Below are positions 62,286 through 64,000 of a DNA stretch of 64,000 nt, piece after piece. The stretch comes from Candidatus Poribacteria bacterium. GTDB taxonomy: Bacteria; Poribacteria; WGA-4E; WGA-3G. Every line of letters starts with the position of its first letter. Position 1 is the first letter of the stretch. The DNA is taken from positions 4,103,389-4,167,388 of the forward strand of contig CBDANF010000003.1 in assembly GCA_965197475.1 (NCBI GenBank). Reading direction: 5' to 3'. Under the pieces are notes generated by a model that was given only the letters and a program-made list of their open reading frames with translations, made no database searches and was not told where the DNA came from. The position numbers were made by a program, and so were the translations under genes.

Positions 62286-63734
62286 TTACATCTCCGCTAA
62301 CTTCTTCTGCAGCCACACCCGCATCGGTGCATGCCCAGGATCGCAGACCTCAATGAAATGTCCCGGCAATGGTTGACCAATCAACGCCTCTACATCGCGC
62401 CGCCGATCTGCAACAACATCTGGGTGATCACTTGCAACGTTTTGCTTTTCCTCTGGATCATTACCAACATCAAAAAGTTCATCACCCTTCTCATCTTTAT
62501 AGCCAACCGACGTGCAGAAATTCCAATGGTTATCGCGTACACTCACGCGCCCCGCAGCATTGCCCGTTGTAGAACCCGATCTTCCACCTGCCCACCCATT
62601 GATAATCCGTTCACGGAGAAATGCTTTCTCCTGTGTAACGAGTTGCCACATATTCTTACCATCAGTCCATCCGCACGGAATATCAAGCAAATTTAGCAAT
62701 GTTGGCATCAGATCGTGGTTTTGCACAAATGCTGAAATATCTTTGTTATGCGGACCATCTGGATGGCGAATCATCAGGTTTAGCTGGGTGTTGAACGGAT
62801 GTAACTTGTTTGCGCCTTTTCCAAAACTCCCATGGTCGCGAAGCTGCGTGCCGTGGTCAGACATTACCACAACAAGTGTCTCATCACGAATTTCTAATGC
62901 CTCAATCTTGTCCAATAAAACACCAACCCACTTATCAACAAACGTCACTTCACCGAGGTAGAGTGCCTCAATTCGGTCGCGTTCCTCTTTAGATGGTCCG
63001 CCGCCTTCGTTAGCACTGCCCGGTGTAATGAAATCCTTGCCAGAATAGTCTGGAAAATAGATGTCTGCGTAGGATTTAGGCGGATCCCAAGGCTCATGCG
63101 GATCGAAACTATCCACCCACAAGAAGAACGGACCGACGGTATGATTATCTTCAAGCCAATCGGACGCTGCTCGAAACACACGCGCACAACTATAGTCATC
63201 TTCCGATTGCCGATGACGTTGTGACAATAGGTAATTCACAAGACCTACATGTCGCTGCCAATTGATCGGTTCACGGACATGTTTTTGGAGCGTGTCCTCA
63301 ATCAATCTCGGATCACCGCTGTGCCAGTTGTCCGATTCCTGACCACGGATAAAATCGAAATGCGCGAATCCGCGTGAAAAATTCATTGTCGGTTTGAACA
63401 TGTGATACGTATCTGCTATGAGAGCCGTCAGATACCCACGTTCCAACAGCACCTCGGCGATCGTATCTTGTTCTGGTGGAATCTTATGCCAACCCGGTGC
63501 ATGATGCCAATGTCCACGCCGATCAAAGTTATATTTCCACGGAAAACTCCGCATACCCGTAAAGTTTCCACGACGCACCTGAAGTGTTGGTTGTCCTTCA
63601 CCAAAAGCACGTGTGAAACGGATACTCTCCGATGCAAACGCATCAAGATTTGGCGTTTGGACATGACTAAACTTTTTCCCTTCACCGATGATGTCTGCTC
63701 TAAACGTGTCTAAACAGATACAAACAATATTCAT
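62286..63734 (-). CDS. Sulfatase-like (alkaline phosphatase superfamily) hydrolase lacking CxPxR
   Basis: CLDTFRAD, PTLQVRR..TG, FDPHEPWDPP, MSDHG. Confidence 0.85.
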   Translation of the reverse strand: MNIVCICLDTFRADIIGEGKKFSHVQTPNLDAFASESIRFTRAFGEGQPTLQVRRGNFTGMRSFPWKYNFDRRGHWHHAPGWHKIPPEQDTIAEVLLERGYLTALIADTYHMFKPTMNFSRGFAHFDFIRGQESDNWHSGDPRLIEDTLQKHVREPINWQRHVGLVNYLLSQRHRQSEDDYSCARVFRAASDWLEDNHTVGPFFLWVDSFDPHEPWDPPKSYADIYFPDYSGKDFITPGSANEGGGPSKEERDRIEALYLGEVTFVDKWVGVLLDKIEALEIRDETLVVVMSDHGTQLRDHGSFGKGANKLHPFNTQLNLMIRHPDGPHNKDISAFVQNHDLMPTLLNLLDIPCGWTDGKNMWQLVTQEKAFLRERIINGWAGGRSGSTTGNAAGRVSVRDNHWNFCTSVGYKDEKGDELFDVGNDPEEKQNVASDHPDVVADRRRDVEALIGQPLPGHFIEVCDPGHAPMRVWLQKKLAEM

Positions 63735-63738
63735 AATG

Positions 63739-64000
63739 TTACATTCCTCTCATTTCGTCCAATATTTTTTCGGCAGCCTCCAACGGGTCATCGTCTTCAA
63801 TAATCGGTCTACCGACAACAATGAAATCTGCGCCTCGATTAATCGCCTCTGCAGGCGTGGTGATACGACGTTGGTCCCCTGGGTCAGCCCATTTCGGACG
63901 GATACCTGGTGTGACAATCAAAAAATTATCGCCACACGCTTCTCGTATCGGTTCAATTTCCAAAGGGGATGCGACAACGCCGTCAAGTCCAGCCTCTTTT
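63739..64000 (-). CDS. pyrF: Orotidine-5'-phosphate decarboxylase, C-terminal part
   Basis: [34 protein letters not shown]. Confidence 0.93.
   Translation of the reverse strand, partial: KEAGLDGVVASPLEIEPIREACGDNFLIVTPGIRPKWADPGDQRRITTPAEAINRGADFIVVGRPIIEDDDPLEAAEKILDEMRGM

Noticed and set aside
1-64000. tRNA, rRNA, prophage, reverse transcriptase or DGR
   Set aside because: None recognised by eye; a covariance-model search could still find small RNAs.

Overview
Bacterial chromosome window, most likely Candidatus Poribacteria or a relative. This is inferred from gene content: PhyH dioxygenases, sulfatases, WD40/Kelch/LRR secreted proteins and a shared C-terminal K-x-x-T-x-W-G-x-x-K tail. 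Housekeeping genes are fumC (partial), rpoB-rpoC, rpmH, ispH, serA and pyrF (partial). They are interspersed with defence-type genes: a complete type I Zorya operon, an FRG-TPR gene coupled to an MTase-REase fusion, GIY-YIG, a DUF2971-like gene and a type II R-M pair. Seven IS elements or remnants, MITEs and GTAG-type REP hairpins are also present. The standout feature is a 2382-aa RNA polymerase beta' subunit with two large insertions built from repeats resembling beta's own clamp segment. One insertion carries an apparently intact Vsr/MTES_1575-like PD-(D/E)XK nuclease domain in the middle of a seemingly nested repeat stalk. RpoB carries substitutions at classic rifamycin-contact positions. 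Two IS1595 elements share a conserved leader that looks like an antisense-RNA translational switch. Several frameshifts sit in short C-runs and may be sequencing errors.
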